Shown: positions 30,366-39,426 of the stretch, in pieces
Numbering within the stretch: the first letter of the stretch is position 1
How the letters are laid out: every line of letters starts with the position of its first letter
Assembly: GCA_964640665.1 (NCBI GenBank)
Contig: CAZXHT010000002.1
Location: 38,567 to 102,566, forward strand
From: an uncultured Myxococcales bacterium
GTDB lineage: Bacteria > Myxococcota > B64-G9
Length of the DNA stretch: 64,000 nucleotides
Direction of reading: 5' to 3'
The notes under the pieces: model-generated
Seen by the model: the letters and a program-made list of their open reading frames with translations, nothing else
The model's database searches: none
What the model was told of the DNA's origin: nothing
Program-made: the position numbers and the translations under genes

Positions 30366-31212
30366 TTTTACGAGCCTTCAGACCGTCTCGGAGCATTCGC
30401 TGGATCGTGCGGCGAACCCTCTGTACCTTTGGGTCGAGTACCTCGTCCTCGTCGTCGGGATCGCCCGAAAAGTGCATCGGCTTGCCGAAGTAGATATGAT
30501 ACTTGACAGGCAGCGGCAATAGGCCCAGCGGTCCCAGCCAGGGAAAAGTCGGCGTCACCGGAAAGGCCGGAAACCCCAACAGGCGAGCAACGGGCTTGAA
30601 GTCCAGAAGCGAGGGGATTTGCTCCTCTGCCCCGACCACCGCTACGGGCACGATCGGAGTGTCGGTCATCAGGGCCAGGCGCATGAAACCCGGCCCGAAT
30701 TGCTGCAACTGGTAGCGCTTGGCGAACGTCTTGGATATTCCGCGCATCCCCTCCGGAAAGGCCAGGATGGCTTCATCGCGCCGCAGAAGCCGCAAGCAGT
30801 TGTCGCGGGTGCCCACTATTTGCCCGGTGCGCGGGAAGAAGAAGCTGACCAGCGGCAGCGTGGGTACCCAGGTTTCCACCATCGAACGCACCATTCGGGG
30901 AGGATCCGCCTCGATGAACATCGACAGCACAATCATCATCCCGTCGATGGGTATTTGTCCCGAGTGATTGGAAATCAGCAGTACCCTCCCGCGGGGAACG
31001 TTTGCCAAACCGGTTGTCTGCACCCGGAAGTAATTGCGGTAGATCGAGACTACAATTGGCAGGGCGTACTTGATGTAGTCAGGGTCGAATCCCCAGGGAT
31101 CGACACCGTACTCATTGAGGCGGATGTCCAAGCGTTCGATGCGCTCGATGATGTCAGGATCGATAAGATCGTCGATTTTTACCCGCAGTTTTTCAAGCAG
31201 ACCCGCCAACAT
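30352..31212 (-). CDS. Lysophospholipid/1-acyl-sn-glycerol-3-phosphate acyltransferase family protein
   Basis: NHSGQIPIDG (HX4D-like) and PEGMRG (PEGTR-like) acyltransferase motifs; start taken at internal Met MLAGLLEKL. Confidence 0.65.
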   Translation of the reverse strand: MLAGLLEKLRVKIDDLIDPDIIERIERLDIRLNEYGVDPWGFDPDYIKYALPIVVSIYRNYFRVQTTGLANVPRGRVLLISNHSGQIPIDGMMIVLSMFIEADPPRMVRSMVETWVPTLPLVSFFFPRTGQIVGTRDNCLRLLRRDEAILAFPEGMRGISKTFAKRYQLQQFGPGFMRLALMTDTPIVPVAVVGAEEQIPSLLDFKPVARLLGFPAFPVTPTFPWLGPLGLLPLPVKYHIYFGKPMHFSGDPDDEDEVLDPKVQRVRRTIQRMLRDGLKARKNVFW

Positions 31213-31234
31213 CCCTAACCCGCGGCTCGATGTG

Positions 31235-31549
31235 TCAATCTGGATATTCGTTGCAATAGACCGCCCTGAGCAGACGCGGACGGGGTGGGCTGAAGTTGAC
31301 GGCAAAACCCTTGAATCGGCCGGGGTTGTGACGCACGACCATTACCTGCAAGTCGTAGTCCAGAAGCGGAGGCTCAGAGAACTCGATAGCCAACCGAGTT
31401 CCAACGGGAGGCGGGGACGAATGCTGGAAGAAAGCGCCGCCCATCGAAACGTCCTTGAGCATGCAAACGCCGTTGCGGCGCGGGAGAGTCTTGCACAAGA
31501 TGGGTTGCACCGGAAAGCGGGAGAACTCACGCCGTTCTGATCCACTCAT
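31235..31549 (-). CDS. PilZ-domain protein (putative c-di-GMP receptor)
   Basis: RxxxR (RREFSR) and DxSxGG (DVSMGGAFF) PilZ signature motifs; ~105 aa from internal ATG (ORF-track start at 31597 is a TTG). Confidence 0.6.
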   Translation of the reverse strand: MSGSERREFSRFPVQPILCKTLPRRNGVCMLKDVSMGGAFFQHSSPPPVGTRLAIEFSEPPLLDYDLQVMVVRHNPGRFKGFAVNFSPPRPRLLRAVYCNEYPD

Positions 31550-31653
31550 GGCAAAATCCTCCCTCTCTTGACCACCTTGTACGACAAGGTACCCCAAACA
31601 ACTACATTTGTCAACTTATAGTGTTACACAATGCATAGTTATTAACCGATTGC

Positions 31654-32559
31654 TCATCCAAACATGTTTGCTGCATCGGCCATTGTCGTGGCCTTGTGAG
31701 TCGAAAGCATCCGCTCGCAGAAGTTCCGTATTGCCTCGGCCTTGCGTTGCCAGGCGATAGACAGATCCGGCTGAACGGCCAGGGCGGGATCGAGACCGTC
31801 CGCCTGGACGTCCAAGAGATCCATCGCGTGCAACTCCAGGCATACAAACCCCTTGCGGGATGCTAGCGCGGCCAGCCAGGCCGCCCGGGGGGGACCCGCC
31901 AGGGCCAATAAACTGCCCGTGAGCGGCAGACCCAGAATCGTACTGATGGGAAGCTCAATCAACCCGCCCGTTCCTCGGCGCCAGGGAATGGAGAGATCGG
32001 GCCGATAAGGGCCGTGCGGACCGAGCGTCTCGCGGGGATCGGCTAAAAACGCCCCGCTATTTCTACCCCGTAGCTTCAGCCAGCCATAGACCGCCGCCTT
32101 GACTCCCTGGTAGGCGGGCGAGGGCAAGATCGAGCTGTCGTACACCGCACCGGCCCTGTCCACGGCCGGCAACACCCCGGCGCCCAGCGAATAGCCGGGC
32201 GCCCGGAAGCCGCACGGCCTGCTGCCGGTGACGCGCTCGATGTCCGCAGCGCCTTTCTCAACCTCAAGCGTGATGCGCTCGCCGCCGAGCCTGGAAAGAT
32301 CGTAAGGATGTGAATGAGTGTGATTGGAAATCTCGTGCCCGCCCGCGCTAGCCTGTGCGATTGCCGCGGCGACGCCCGTGTCGGACAACGTCTCGCCGAC
32401 CACGAACAGACTGCCGGGGATCCCGAGATCGCCGGCCAAATCGAGAAAACGCGAAATAGAGCTTTCCAGGCCGTCGCAGGTGCGTTCTCCCTGGCCGAGC
32501 CCGTATAGGCTGCGGTAGCACCAGACGGGATCCAGATCGATGGTCAGAGCGAAAAACAT
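31654..32559 (-). CDS. Polysaccharide deacetylase (CE4/NodB family)
   Basis: NodB motifs TIDLD (motif 1), HTHSHP (motif 2), RAPGY (motif 3). Confidence 0.75.
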   Translation of the reverse strand: MFFALTIDLDPVWCYRSLYGLGQGERTCDGLESSISRFLDLAGDLGIPGSLFVVGETLSDTGVAAAIAQASAGGHEISNHTHSHPYDLSRLGGERITLEVEKGAADIERVTGSRPCGFRAPGYSLGAGVLPAVDRAGAVYDSSILPSPAYQGVKAAVYGWLKLRGRNSGAFLADPRETLGPHGPYRPDLSIPWRRGTGGLIELPISTILGLPLTGSLLALAGPPRAAWLAALASRKGFVCLELHAMDLLDVQADGLDPALAVQPDLSIAWQRKAEAIRNFCERMLSTHKATTMADAANMFG

Positions 32560-32568
32560 GGTGTCGAC

Positions 32569-33288
32569 TCAGAGCCGGTCACGTAGCCTGAAGATCCAGA
32601 TCAGGCGGCCGACGTTATACAAGGCCCGCGGCACCCTGCGTACCAGGTTTATGGTTGGATCGCGTTTTTCGCGCAGGGTCAACGGCAGTTCGACCAAGTC
32701 CAGGCCGGCCCGTTCGGCGCGGATGACGAGTTCCGAGGCGAACAGGTTCTGCCCCACTACACAGCGCTTGACCACATCGACGACATCCGCCCACAAGAAG
32801 GCCTTGGGCCCGTGCGTGTCCGTCCCGCGAAACCCGGCCCCGATGCTGAGCATGCCGCTCAGCACCCGCGAGGCCAGGTTGCGCACGAACGGGCGTTCGT
32901 CGCGAGCGCCGGGGGCCAACTTCGAGCCGACTACCATCCGGGCCCGGCCGGAGCGCAGAAGTCCCAGCGCCGAGCGATAAAAATCGGTGTCGCACAAATC
33001 GATTTCGTCGCAGATGCAGTATTTCCCGCGAGCATCGAGGATACCGGCCTTGAGAGCCCGGCCGTAATCGGGGTTTTCCAGGTGAATGCACCTGACGGCA
33101 GGATAACGCATCTGAAGCGCCCGCGCCTCTTCCCGGGTACCGTCATTGCTTCCATTCTCTGCCAGAATGATTTCGAATGATGCGGCAATGTCCGGCAAGC
33201 GCATAAGCAGGCCGGCCACCGAGTCAGTCACTATGGGCCGCTCATTGTAGACCGGGATGACTATGGAAACCTCTGGCGCGGCTGGCAT
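32569..33288 (-). CDS. Family 2 glycosyltransferase (DPM1-like)
   Basis: N-terminal SIVIPVYNE, DxD-type motif region, 239 aa. Confidence 0.8.
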   Translation of the reverse strand: MPAAPEVSIVIPVYNERPIVTDSVAGLLMRLPDIAASFEIILAENGSNDGTREEARALQMRYPAVRCIHLENPDYGRALKAGILDARGKYCICDEIDLCDTDFYRSALGLLRSGRARMVVGSKLAPGARDERPFVRNLASRVLSGMLSIGAGFRGTDTHGPKAFLWADVVDVVKRCVVGQNLFASELVIRAERAGLDLVELPLTLREKRDPTINLVRRVPRALYNVGRLIWIFRLRDRL

Positions 33289-33379
33289 GCCGAGAAAGCT
33301 AGCATTAATCAGCCGCGGGTTCCAACAGCGAGTTAAGGAGTTGTTGAGAAGTTACACTGAAACAGACTAACATTGAGCC

Positions 33380-35836
33380 ATGTCGGGGAAAATACACGTC
33401 ATCGTTCACGGTCACTTCTACCAGCCGCCCAGGGAAAATCCCTGGAGCGGGAGAATCGAGCGCCAGCCGTCGGCCGCGCCATTCCATGACTGGAACGAGC
33501 GCGTCACCAAAGAATGTTACGCACCCAACACGCACAGCCGGATCCAGGACAATCGGGGCCGCTTGGTCGAGGTGGTCAACAACTTCGAGCACATCAGTTT
33601 CAACTTCGGCCCGACGTTGCTGTCCTACCTGGAGAGCGAGCACCCGGATACCTATCGGCGCATCATCCAGGCGGACGAGATCAGCGCGAACGCTCGCGGA
33701 TACGGCAACGCCATGGCCCAGTGTTACAACCACATGATCATGCCCCTGGCGTCGGCACGGGACCGCTGGACCCAGATCCAGTGGGGGCTTGCCGATTTCC
33801 GGACTCGCTTCAGGCGCGAGCCGTCCGGCATGTGGTTGCCGGAGACGGCCGTCAACGAGGAGACCCTGTGCGACCTGGTGCGGGCGGGGATCGAGTTCAT
33901 CCTGCTTTCTCCGTCCCAGGTCGAGGCCTACCGCCGGCTGGACGGCGGATCCTGGCGGGACGGCCCCCCGCCGACCGATCGCCCCTATCTTTGTCGCACT
34001 CCGGCCGGGGATATCGACATCTTGTTCTACCATGCCGGCCTGAGTTCGGCCGTGGCCTTCGAACACCTGCTGCGCAACGCCGCCATCTTCGCAGATCGTA
34101 TCGCCGGGGCGGCGCGGGAAAGCGATCTCGAAGGAGACCGGTTGGTCTTCGTCTGCTCGGACGGCGAGAGTTACGGACATCACGAGAAACTCGGGGACAT
34201 GTGTCTGGCCTACCTGGCCACGCAGGAATTGCCGGCCAGGAACATGCTGATGACGAGTCCCCGGTGCTATCTCGCCGGGCACCGGCCGGCGTTCGAGGTC
34301 CGCCTCAAGCCGGGGCGGGACGGCCAGGGCACCGCCTGGAGCTGTGCCCACGGGGTTGACCGCTGGCAGGCTGACTGTGGTTGTTCGGACGGCGGCCGGC
34401 CCGGGTGGAACCAGGCCTGGCGCGGGCCACTCAGGCGTGCCTTCGATGAACTGCGGGACGAGATCGATCCCCTTTTCGAACGCCGGGGACTTGCCTATCT
34501 GAACGATCCATGGGCGGCCAGGGATGACTACATCAAGGTTGTTCTGGGAAAACCCCTCGGGTCTGCCCAGGCATTCTTCACCGAGCACCTGTGTGCCGAT
34601 GCGCCCGGCGATGCACATACGGCCGTCTTTCGCCTGATGGAAATGCAGCGCCACGCCATGTTGATGTACACGTCTTGCGGCTGGTTCTTTGCCGACTTGG
34701 CCGGGCTGGAAGCGGTGCAGAACATGCGCTACGCCGCGCGAGCGGCCGAACTGGGCAAGCTCATTGCGGGAACGGCACAGGACTCCGAAATGCGCCGCTG
34801 GCTGGAAGAGGCCGGAAGCAACCTTCCCGAGGAGGACAGCGGCCTTTCCATTCTGAATCGCAGGGTGCTACCCGAGGCCCTGCCGCCCGCTAAAGCTGCT
34901 GCACAATACGCCGTGCTCTCGATGCTGCGTGCCGGAGAGGAGAATGACCGTTCGTGCGGATACAGGATCGAGGTACACGAAAGAAAAATTGCCGCGCGCA
35001 GCGGGTTCGAGGCCGGCGTTTACAAACTCACCGTGGTGGCCGAAAGAACACACGAGGGAGGCACATTCGGCGCGGTGGTGCTGGTCGGCAGCGGCTTGCG
35101 CCTGGCGGCCTTCATCGGCCGGGCAAGGCCCGAGGCAAATCCGCAAGACCCGGAACGGATCCTTTCCGAGTTGGAGCGTGAAGGTTTCGATCAGGCTTGC
35201 AGGAACCTTACGGAAAAAACCGGGCACTACTTCGGGTTGGGTGATCTGTCACCGCAAACCCGCGAACTCGTGGTGGGGGCGCTGCTTGACCCGTTGCTTG
35301 CCGAGCTTGGTCGTACCTATGAAGAAGTTTTCACGGGCAACGAGTGGCTGGTCGACGCGCTCGTGCCCCTGGGAATAGCCCTGCCGGCGCCCTTGCGCCC
35401 GGCGATAGGCTGGGCCGGCTCGGCGCGCTTCAACGCGCTGGTCGAGCGATCGCTGGACGACGCCAACCTGGAGCGGGCGGCCGAGTTGGCGGCAAGGCTT
35501 TCGGTCCTGAACGTTCCGCTCGACATGCAGTCCGCGACCAGACGCGTGTCGCACAGATTGATGGAGCTTCTCGAAGACATCCTGGTCGATCCGCGAGCGG
35601 AGCGAGTTAGCGCGTTCATGGGCTTGCTACGTGACGGCAGGCGAATCGGTCTGGACATCGATGAGGCGACCCTGCAGGTCAGGCTGGGTCTCGCGCTGGG
35701 CGGACTGGTCTCCGGATTGCTCGATCCGCGCAAGCCGGGTGGTGCGGCGCCGGATACGGCCCGGGCAATAGTCGAACTGGCAGATTTACTCAGGCTGGAA
35801 ACGCAAGGGGCAAGGCTGATGATGGATGGTGACTGA
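33380..35836 (+). CDS. Glycoside hydrolase family 57-like protein with C-terminal DUF3536-type domain
   Basis: N-terminal HVIVHGHFYQPPRENPW signature of GH57; 818 aa. Confidence 0.8.
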   Translation: MSGKIHVIVHGHFYQPPRENPWSGRIERQPSAAPFHDWNERVTKECYAPNTHSRIQDNRGRLVEVVNNFEHISFNFGPTLLSYLESEHPDTYRRIIQADEISANARGYGNAMAQCYNHMIMPLASARDRWTQIQWGLADFRTRFRREPSGMWLPETAVNEETLCDLVRAGIEFILLSPSQVEAYRRLDGGSWRDGPPPTDRPYLCRTPAGDIDILFYHAGLSSAVAFEHLLRNAAIFADRIAGAARESDLEGDRLVFVCSDGESYGHHEKLGDMCLAYLATQELPARNMLMTSPRCYLAGHRPAFEVRLKPGRDGQGTAWSCAHGVDRWQADCGCSDGGRPGWNQAWRGPLRRAFDELRDEIDPLFERRGLAYLNDPWAARDDYIKVVLGKPLGSAQAFFTEHLCADAPGDAHTAVFRLMEMQRHAMLMYTSCGWFFADLAGLEAVQNMRYAARAAELGKLIAGTAQDSEMRRWLEEAGSNLPEEDSGLSILNRRVLPEALPPAKAAAQYAVLSMLRAGEENDRSCGYRIEVHERKIAARSGFEAGVYKLTVVAERTHEGGTFGAVVLVGSGLRLAAFIGRARPEANPQDPERILSELEREGFDQACRNLTEKTGHYFGLGDLSPQTRELVVGALLDPLLAELGRTYEEVFTGNEWLVDALVPLGIALPAPLRPAIGWAGSARFNALVERSLDDANLERAAELAARLSVLNVPLDMQSATRRVSHRLMELLEDILVDPRAERVSAFMGLLRDGRRIGLDIDEATLQVRLGLALGGLVSGLLDPRKPGGAAPDTARAIVELADLLRLETQGARLMMDGD

Positions 35837-35839
35837 TCC

Positions 35840-36850
35840 TCATTCCCATGCCTCGAGCACCCGCAAAAAATTCCCTCCCAGGATCCCGGTGAGTTCCTCT
35901 TCGGAAAACCCCCGTTCGAGCAGCTTGGCCGTCAGGAGCGGCAGATCCGAAGCGTCTTTCATGCCGCGCGGAAGCCAGGTGAAACCGTCCATATCGGTGC
36001 CGATCATAAGGTGTTGCGGTCCTACCAACTCGGCGATGTGGCAATAGACATCGGCGGCCCTATCGAGGCTGCCAAGGATCCCGAAGCGCGACTGGTACCA
36101 TGGGCACATCAAGACGCCGACGCCACCGCCGGCGGCAGCCAGGGCCTTGATCTGATCGTCGGTCAGGTAGCGATCCGAGCGGCCATGACGACGCAGGCCG
36201 GTGTGGGTGACCACGGGGGGCCGATCGAGTCTCTCGATGATCTGGTAAAAGGCTGGTTCACTGGTATGAGCCAGATCACACACGATGCCGTGAACCACGC
36301 AGGCATCCAATACCTCGCGTCCAAAATCGCTCAATCCTCCGTGGACTCGCGGGCCGAAGTGGGCGTCACAAATGCGGTTGGCAATGAAATGCGTCAAGGT
36401 CAGCAGGCGCAGACCACGCTCGCGCAGCCAGGCGATGCGCTCGATCTTGCGTCCGATTACATGCCCGCCCTCGACGGCAAGCAGCGCGGCAAGCTTTTCC
36501 TGGCCGAAGGCCGCCCGGATTCCTCGTGACGAACGGACGCGGACAACCTGTTCGGCATTGCGCTCGAGAAGCTTCTCAAAGCTTGCGACGATGCGCCGGC
36601 AGGCTTCCCAGGCGCGCAGGCGCAGGGGCGGGGGCGGCACATAGACGGTAAAGGCCGCGCAGGATATTCGTCCCTCTCTGAGACGAGGCAGGTCGATTAC
36701 ATTGCGCAGAGGGTTCCATAGCAGGGGCGGGCGGTGGCGCTTGTCGAAGCGCTTCGACAGGTAGTGGCCGGCAAGCAGGAAGTGGCTGTGTGTGTCGATA
36801 ACCGGCACACGGTTGTGCAATTCAAGAGCGCGTGTCAGGTAGTCATTCAT
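35840..36850 (-). CDS. M19-family (membrane dipeptidase-like) metallopeptidase
   Basis: LTDDQIKALAAAGGGVGV and HLMIGTDMDGF regions resemble M19 dipeptidase motifs; N-terminal VIDTHSHF metal-binding motif. Confidence 0.55.
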   Translation of the reverse strand: MNDYLTRALELHNRVPVIDTHSHFLLAGHYLSKRFDKRHRPPLLWNPLRNVIDLPRLREGRISCAAFTVYVPPPPLRLRAWEACRRIVASFEKLLERNAEQVVRVRSSRGIRAAFGQEKLAALLAVEGGHVIGRKIERIAWLRERGLRLLTLTHFIANRICDAHFGPRVHGGLSDFGREVLDACVVHGIVCDLAHTSEPAFYQIIERLDRPPVVTHTGLRRHGRSDRYLTDDQIKALAAAGGGVGVLMCPWYQSRFGILGSLDRAADVYCHIAELVGPQHLMIGTDMDGFTWLPRGMKDASDLPLLTAKLLERGFSEEELTGILGGNFLRVLEAWE

Positions 36851-36914
36851 TTTATCGAGCCGAGCTTATCTGGTAATTCTGACCTTAGAGCATCTAAATA
36901 CACTGCGGGACACA

Positions 36915-38192
36915 ATGTGTCAACGACCTCGATTTGACCCGGGATGGGGTATTGGCTATGTTTTCGCCAGGGAGCGTAGCCATATCGTGGATGAGCGGCA
37001 ACCAGGACCAGAGCGCGGCGGCGGGGTGTTTACTCCGATCGAGATCGGTCCGCTCAAGCTTCGCAATCGGGTGATCAAGGCGGCAACCTTCGAGGGTATG
37101 ACTCCGGGAGGTTTACCGTCGGATGATCTAGTCGAACACCATCGGCGGGTGGCGGCCGGGGGCGCCGGCATGACCACCGTGGCATATTGCTCCGTATCGC
37201 CCGAGGGTTTAACGTTTCCCGACCAGATGCACATGCGCCCGGAGATCGTGCCCGGCCTTAGCAGGCTTACGGCGGCTGTTCATCACGAGGGCGCCACGGC
37301 CGCCCTGCAACTGGGGCACGCCGGTTACTTCGCCTCGCGTAAGGCCGCCGGCTGTCGTCCGGTCGGGGCGTCGCGGGTACTCAATCTGTATACTCTGACC
37401 CGCCCGCGAGTCATGAACCCGGCCGACATGGAGAGAATTCGCGACGATTTCGCCAAGGCCACGACGTTGGCCGCCGAGGCAGGGTTCGACGCCGTCGAGG
37501 TCCACCTTGGCCACGGCTACCTTCTGAGCCAGTTCCTGTCTCCCTACACCAACCGGCGCCGTGACATGTTCGGCGGGGATATCGAGGCGCGCCTGCGCTT
37601 TCCGATCGAGGTTGTCAAGGCCGTCCGTGGGGCCGCCGGCAGCAAGATGGCGGTGCTGGTCAAGGCCAACCTCGAAGACGGGTTCAAAGGCGGGTTGGGG
37701 ATCGAAGAAGCGATTGAAGTGGCCCGGGCGCTCGAAGCGAACGCCGTTGACGCAATCGTGCTCAGCGGCGGGTTCGTCAGCCGGACACCCTTTTACATGC
37801 TGCGCGGCGACCTGCCGGTGGCCGAGATGGTTCGCAACGAGAAGAAGAGACTGCGCCGAATCGGCCTCAGGCTTTTCGGACGAATCTTCGTCAAGGTCTA
37901 TCCTTTCGAGGAAATGTTCTTCTTCGAACAGGCGCAGAAGGTGCGCCGGGCTGTGAAGGTTCCTCTGTGTCTGCTCGGCGGAATACGTTCGTTGGCCAAC
38001 ATCGAAAAGGCCATGAGCGCCGGTTTCGATCTGATCTCGATGGGCCGCCCGCTGATTCTAGATCCGGACCTGGTTTTGCACATGAAGGCCGGGAAGTGCG
38101 ACGCCTCGGTCTGCGAGCCCTGCAACCTGTGCGTGGCGCGCATGGAGGCCGGAGGAATAATCTGCGCCCATCCGCGCCTGGGCGCCTCGTGA
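36915..38192 (+). CDS. NADH:flavin oxidoreductase (Old Yellow Enzyme family)
   Basis: FTPIEIGPLKLRNRVIKAA...GAGMTTVAY OYE N-terminal motifs; true start probably GTG near 37026 (ORF track start 36915 uncertain). Confidence 0.8.
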   Translation: MCQRPRFDPGWGIGYVFARERSHIVDERQPGPERGGGVFTPIEIGPLKLRNRVIKAATFEGMTPGGLPSDDLVEHHRRVAAGGAGMTTVAYCSVSPEGLTFPDQMHMRPEIVPGLSRLTAAVHHEGATAALQLGHAGYFASRKAAGCRPVGASRVLNLYTLTRPRVMNPADMERIRDDFAKATTLAAEAGFDAVEVHLGHGYLLSQFLSPYTNRRRDMFGGDIEARLRFPIEVVKAVRGAAGSKMAVLVKANLEDGFKGGLGIEEAIEVARALEANAVDAIVLSGGFVSRTPFYMLRGDLPVAEMVRNEKKRLRRIGLRLFGRIFVKVYPFEEMFFFEQAQKVRRAVKVPLCLLGGIRSLANIEKAMSAGFDLISMGRPLILDPDLVLHMKAGKCDASVCEPCNLCVARMEAGGIICAHPRLGAS

Positions 38193-38298
38193 AGCTTCTA
38201 CCTCTGGAATACGCTGACTCCAGCCTTGCGGGCGGAGTTCGGCTTCTCGTCGGGGATGGTCCAGGCAAAGGCCAAAGAGCAGTCGAGCACCAATTTCA

Positions 38299-38553
38299 TC
38301 AGAAGCGGCGTCCTTCATCAATCAACTTACTAATACTCAGGCCGGGTCCCACCCTTTTCCTGATCTCGCGGAACTTTTCCAGGATTTCGGCGAAGTCCGG
38401 TTCATGGTCATCTTCATTATAAGGAACCAGGCGGGCCACGACCTTGCCGCGACGGCGGATGACGAAGGAACGTCCCTTCTCGGTTTCGCGGAGAAGCTCG
38501 GCCAGGCGGGTCTTGGCTTCGAAGGAACCAATTTCATCTTCATGGACAACCAA
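38299..38553 (-). CDS. Phd/YefM-family type II antitoxin (orphan, C-terminally extended)
   Basis: N-terminal IGSFEAKTRLAELLRETEKGRSFVIRRRGKVVARLVP matches Phd/YefM fold consensus; no cognate toxin ORF adjacent. Confidence 0.6.
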   Translation of the reverse strand: MVVHEDEIGSFEAKTRLAELLRETEKGRSFVIRRRGKVVARLVPYNEDDHEPDFAEILEKFREIRKRVGPGLSISKLIDEGRRF

Positions 38554-38781
38554 CTGGAATACCTCCTTGTTGTCTTCTGTAAACCAGTTTATTAAATCAG
38601 TAGAATAACGTCAAGGGAAGAAGGGGACGGCGGAGAAGATCATCACGTGGAAAAGCACCTCGACTCAGATGATTTATTGCCATTTCCTGAAATAGTATCG
38701 GATCTTCTTAATCGACATGTTTCTTGAAGGTCGATGTAGATATTGGTACACTGTTCTTGTAAAAAGATATATTAGCTCTCA

Positions 38782-39426
38782 TTGACACCTCATGGGCTGG
38801 TATTCACGATGAACGACACGCAGATTCGGGAAGGCCTCCATAAAAAATTACTGAAGAGGCATCATATTTGTAAGGATACACTCGTTGTCAACGAGTTGGG
38901 CCTGAGACATGGTACTAACCGGGCTGACATTGTTGTAATAAATGGGAACCTTGTCGGATACGAGATCAAGAGTGACAAAGACTCATTGCACCGACTCAAA
39001 GAACAAGTACCCGCGTATACCTCGGTTTTTGACTGGTCTTCGGTGGTGGTTGGCACTCGACACAAGACGGTGATTGAATCGTTGGTGCCTGACAACTGGG
39101 GAGTAATAGTGTCATACCAAGGTCCCAGAGGCGGTGTCCACTTTGAAACGCTACGTGTGGCTCGCAGGAACCAAGCAGTGGATCCTTTCGCGATTGCACA
39201 ACTACTCTGGCGAGATGAAGCCGTGGCTATCCTTGCGGAGAAAGATGTGCCAGCGCGAGTACTGCGACAGTGCCGTTCTGTGCTCTACAAGCATCTCGTG
39301 GAAATGCTCAGTCTATCGGAATTGCAGAGTCGGGTCAGGGCTTTCCTGAAGAACCGTAGAAACTGGCGACATCCCGCACAACCTTTTCAAGATGGTGGTT
39401 TGTGCCGACCCACCGCCAAGTTGTAA
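38782..39426 (+). CDS. PD-(D/E)xK-type nuclease-fold protein (MmcB/sce7726-like)
   Basis: Core RADIVVINGNLVGYEIKSDKDS gives D...E-x-K arrangement typical of restriction-endonuclease-like fold; 214 aa. Confidence 0.5.
   Translation: MTPHGLVFTMNDTQIREGLHKKLLKRHHICKDTLVVNELGLRHGTNRADIVVINGNLVGYEIKSDKDSLHRLKEQVPAYTSVFDWSSVVVGTRHKTVIESLVPDNWGVIVSYQGPRGGVHFETLRVARRNQAVDPFAIAQLLWRDEAVAILAEKDVPARVLRQCRSVLYKHLVEMLSLSELQSRVRAFLKNRRNWRHPAQPFQDGGLCRPTAKL

Noticed and set aside
33305-34654. 449-aa minus-strand ORF antisense to the GH57 gene, plus several 80-280-aa ORFs on both strands in 33.4-35.8 kb
   Set aside because: Antisense or alternative-frame ORFs inside a motif-supported GH57 gene; compositionally biased translations.
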